Assembly: GCA_021108325.1 (NCBI GenBank)
Contig: JAIORB010000027.1
Coordinates: 114,321-178,320, forward strand
Length of the DNA stretch: 64,000 bases
Direction: 5' to 3'
From: Bacteroidales bacterium
GTDB lineage: Bacteria; Bacteroidota; Bacteroidia; Bacteroidales; UBA12077
Shown: in pieces, positions 61,675 to 64,000 of the stretch
How positions within the stretch are numbered: the stretch's first letter is position 1
Layout of the letters: the number at the start of each line of letters is the position of its first letter
Notes under the pieces: generated by a model
Told to the model about the DNA's origin: nothing
The model's database searches: none
What the model saw: the letters and a program-made list of their open reading frames with translations, nothing else
Made by a program: the position numbers and the translations under genes

Positions 61675-63042
61675 ATGAGCTTAGAAACAATTAAAACAGA
61701 TACTAAAGGACGTTTCGTTGAATTATACCGGGAGAATCAGGATTTAATTAAAAACGACTTGCCTGATTATATCAATGAAGTTCGTGAAAAAGCATTTGAA
61801 CAATTTAAAAAGCTGGGTATTCCTGATAAAAAGAATGAGAATTATAAATATACCGATCTGAATAAGGAGTTTAATAATACTTATAAAATGTACTTATCAC
61901 CTAAGAATATTGAATTTCAGGTTGATGATATTTTTAAATGTGATGTGCCGGATTTAAATACTAAAGTTATTCTTCTTTTAAATGGTTGGTATTACGATAG
62001 AGAAAATTTAATTCAAGAACTCCCGGGAGGTGTTATAATTGGAAGTTTTCAAAAAGCTGCGGAAGTATATCCTGATCTGGTAAAAAAACATTTTGCTAAA
62101 TATGCCGGTTTTGAAAATGAAGGTTTGGTTGCATTAAATACAGCATTTGTAAAAGATGGCGTTTTCTTATATGTTCCTAAAGGGGTTGTAATTGAGAAAC
62201 CAATTCAGATTATAAATATATTAATGGACGATGAGGAGGGATTGACTCAACATCGTAATTTATTTATTCTTGAAGAGAATAGTCAGGCTTCAATTGTTGT
62301 GTGTGATCATACATTATCAATGCCTAATTTTGTTACAAATTCAGTTTCTGAATTTTACATTGGTAAAAATGCACAATTTGATTTTTCAAGAATGCAAAAT
62401 GAACATAATGGCTCAAAGCAGATTTCTCATTTATATTTCCATCAGGAAAGAGATAGCCGCGTGAGTGCAAATAATATTTCATTACACGGTGGTTTAATCA
62501 GAAATAATGTAAATGTATTATTAAACGGTGAAGGCTGTGAAAACAATACTTATGGCCTATATTTAACCGATAAAGGCCAGCATATTGATAATTATGTATT
62601 TGTTGATCATGCCAATCCTAATTGTATAAGTAATCAATTGTTTAAAGGTGTTTTGGACGATTTTGCCACAGGAGCTTTTAATGGTAAAGTATTAGTAAGG
62701 AAGGATGCGCAAAACACTCTGGCATACCAGACAAATAATAATATTTTGCTTACTGATGATGCCGATTTTAATACTAAACCACAATTGGAAATTTATGCCG
62801 ATGATGTAAAATGTAGCCATGGGGCAACTGTTGGTCAGTTAGATGAGGATGCGTTATTTTATTTACGTTCTCGCGGTATTAATAAAAAGGAAGCAAAGCT
62901 TTTACTGATGTATGCATTTGCGCATGATGTAATTCATAAAATTCAAGTTCCTGCCTTACAAGAGCGAATCCAGGATTTGGTTGATAAGCGTTTACGTGGT
63001 GAATTATCGCGATGTAATAATTGTCAAATGCATTGTTGTTAA
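61675..63042 (+). CDS. sufD: Fe-S cluster assembly protein SufD
   Basis: WKYT-like YKYTDL, PQLEIYADDVKCSHGATVGQLD, FYLRSRGI. Confidence 0.96.
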   Translation: MSLETIKTDTKGRFVELYRENQDLIKNDLPDYINEVREKAFEQFKKLGIPDKKNENYKYTDLNKEFNNTYKMYLSPKNIEFQVDDIFKCDVPDLNTKVILLLNGWYYDRENLIQELPGGVIIGSFQKAAEVYPDLVKKHFAKYAGFENEGLVALNTAFVKDGVFLYVPKGVVIEKPIQIINILMDDEEGLTQHRNLFILEENSQASIVVCDHTLSMPNFVTNSVSEFYIGKNAQFDFSRMQNEHNGSKQISHLYFHQERDSRVSANNISLHGGLIRNNVNVLLNGEGCENNTYGLYLTDKGQHIDNYVFVDHANPNCISNQLFKGVLDDFATGAFNGKVLVRKDAQNTLAYQTNNNILLTDDADFNTKPQLEIYADDVKCSHGATVGQLDEDALFYLRSRGINKKEAKLLLMYAFAHDVIHKIQVPALQERIQDLVDKRLRGELSRCNNCQMHCC

Positions 63043-63059
63043 ACTAAAAATCTTAAAAA

Positions 63060-64000
63060 TTGAGTTTAGATATTCAAAAAATACGTAATGATTTTCCAAT
63101 CTTAAATCAACAGGTTTATAATAAACCTTTGATTTATTTCGATAATGCTGCAACTACTCAAAAGCCGCAAGTTGTGATCGATGAAGAGCTCAAAATTTAT
63201 TCTCATGAGAATAGTAATATTCATCGTGGAGTACATTATTTGAGCGAACAATTAACTCAGCGTTATGAAGATGCCCGAAAAGTAGTTCGGAAATTTATTA
63301 ATGCTAAGCATGATTACGAAGTAATTTTTACAAGCGGAACAACCGAATCGATCAATACTATTGCATTTTCTTTTGGAGAAAAATACATTTCCGAAGGAGA
63401 TGAGATTATCATTTCTACACTAGAACATCATGCTAACATTGTTCCGTGGCAAATGCTTTGCGAACGAAAAAAGGCAATTTTAAAAGTAATTCCGATAAAT
63501 GATAAGGGAGAATTATTATTAGATGAATATCAAAAATTAATATCTCCGAAAACAAAAATTGTTGCTGTAAATCAGGTTTCAAATGCACTGGGTACAGTAA
63601 ACGATGTTAAAAAGCTTATTGATATTGCTCATCAACAAAATATTCCCGTATTAATAGATGGTGCTCAAAGTATTCAGCACGGTAATGTTGATGTGCAGGA
63701 ACTGGATTGTGACTTCTTTGTTTTTTCAGGTCATAAAATATATGGTCCAAATGGAATAGGAGTAATATACGGTAAAGAAAAATGGCTTAACGAAATGCCG
63801 CCGTTCATGACCGGTGGTGAGATGATTAAAAAAGTAACATTCGAAAAAACTACTTTTAACGAACTACCATTTAAATTCGAAGCAGGAACACCAAATTACG
63901 TTGGAGCAATCGGATTAGTAGCAGCCATTAATTATATTCAGGATATTGGATTAGAAAATATTGCTGTATATGAAAAAGAATTACTGGATTATGCTACCAA
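63060..64000 (+). CDS. sufS: Cysteine desulfurase SufS, partial at the right edge (not in the ORF track)
   Basis: TTG start, IRNDFPIL, YFDNAATTQKP, NIHRG, LEHHANIVPW, DGAQS, FSGHKIYGP (PLP Lys), FEAGTP. Confidence 0.95.
   Translation, partial: MSLDIQKIRNDFPILNQQVYNKPLIYFDNAATTQKPQVVIDEELKIYSHENSNIHRGVHYLSEQLTQRYEDARKVVRKFINAKHDYEVIFTSGTTESINTIAFSFGEKYISEGDEIIISTLEHHANIVPWQMLCERKKAILKVIPINDKGELLLDEYQKLISPKTKIVAVNQVSNALGTVNDVKKLIDIAHQQNIPVLIDGAQSIQHGNVDVQELDCDFFVFSGHKIYGPNGIGVIYGKEKWLNEMPPFMTGGEMIKKVTFEKTTFNELPFKFEAGTPNYVGAIGLVAAINYIQDIGLENIAVYEKELLDYAT

Overview
AT-rich (~30% GC by eye) chromosomal window from a Bacteroidota bacterium, probably Bacteroidales/Marinilabiliales-like. Support for this: SusC/SusD, fused lpxC-fabZ, and TTTG-N19-TAnnTTTG promoters. 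The left end holds an ECF-sigma/FecR/SusC/SusD/LamG-lipoprotein utilisation locus that runs off the edge. Next come housekeeping genes: malic enzyme, pdxA, pepA, mqnC, HD-lpxD-lpxC/fabZ-lpxA, rimP-nusA-infB, purF, tRNA-fMet, M23-dxr-rseP-tatA-mltD, thiL and sufBCDS (sufS truncated at the right edge). Accessory genes include two orphan histidine kinases, an M14 peptidase, two orphan FtsX-type permeases and an ECF/anti-sigma pair. There is no CRISPR array, rRNA, prophage or intact transposase. The most unusual items are: (i) a lipoprotein + TerB/FHA-like/ABCG-type fused transporter + SiaC(DUF1987) cluster; (ii) a TIR-bounded MITE and a collapsed sibling copy 20 kb away, plus several REP/REPIN-like palindromes; (iii) two large internal-deletion scars (uvrA, and a TPR-sensor kinase); (iv) a structured fecR-susC leader; (v) a PorE-like protein ending in two SPOR domains; (vi) a PurF lacking its catalytic N-terminal Cys. 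Domain calls come from motif recognition only; no searches were run.
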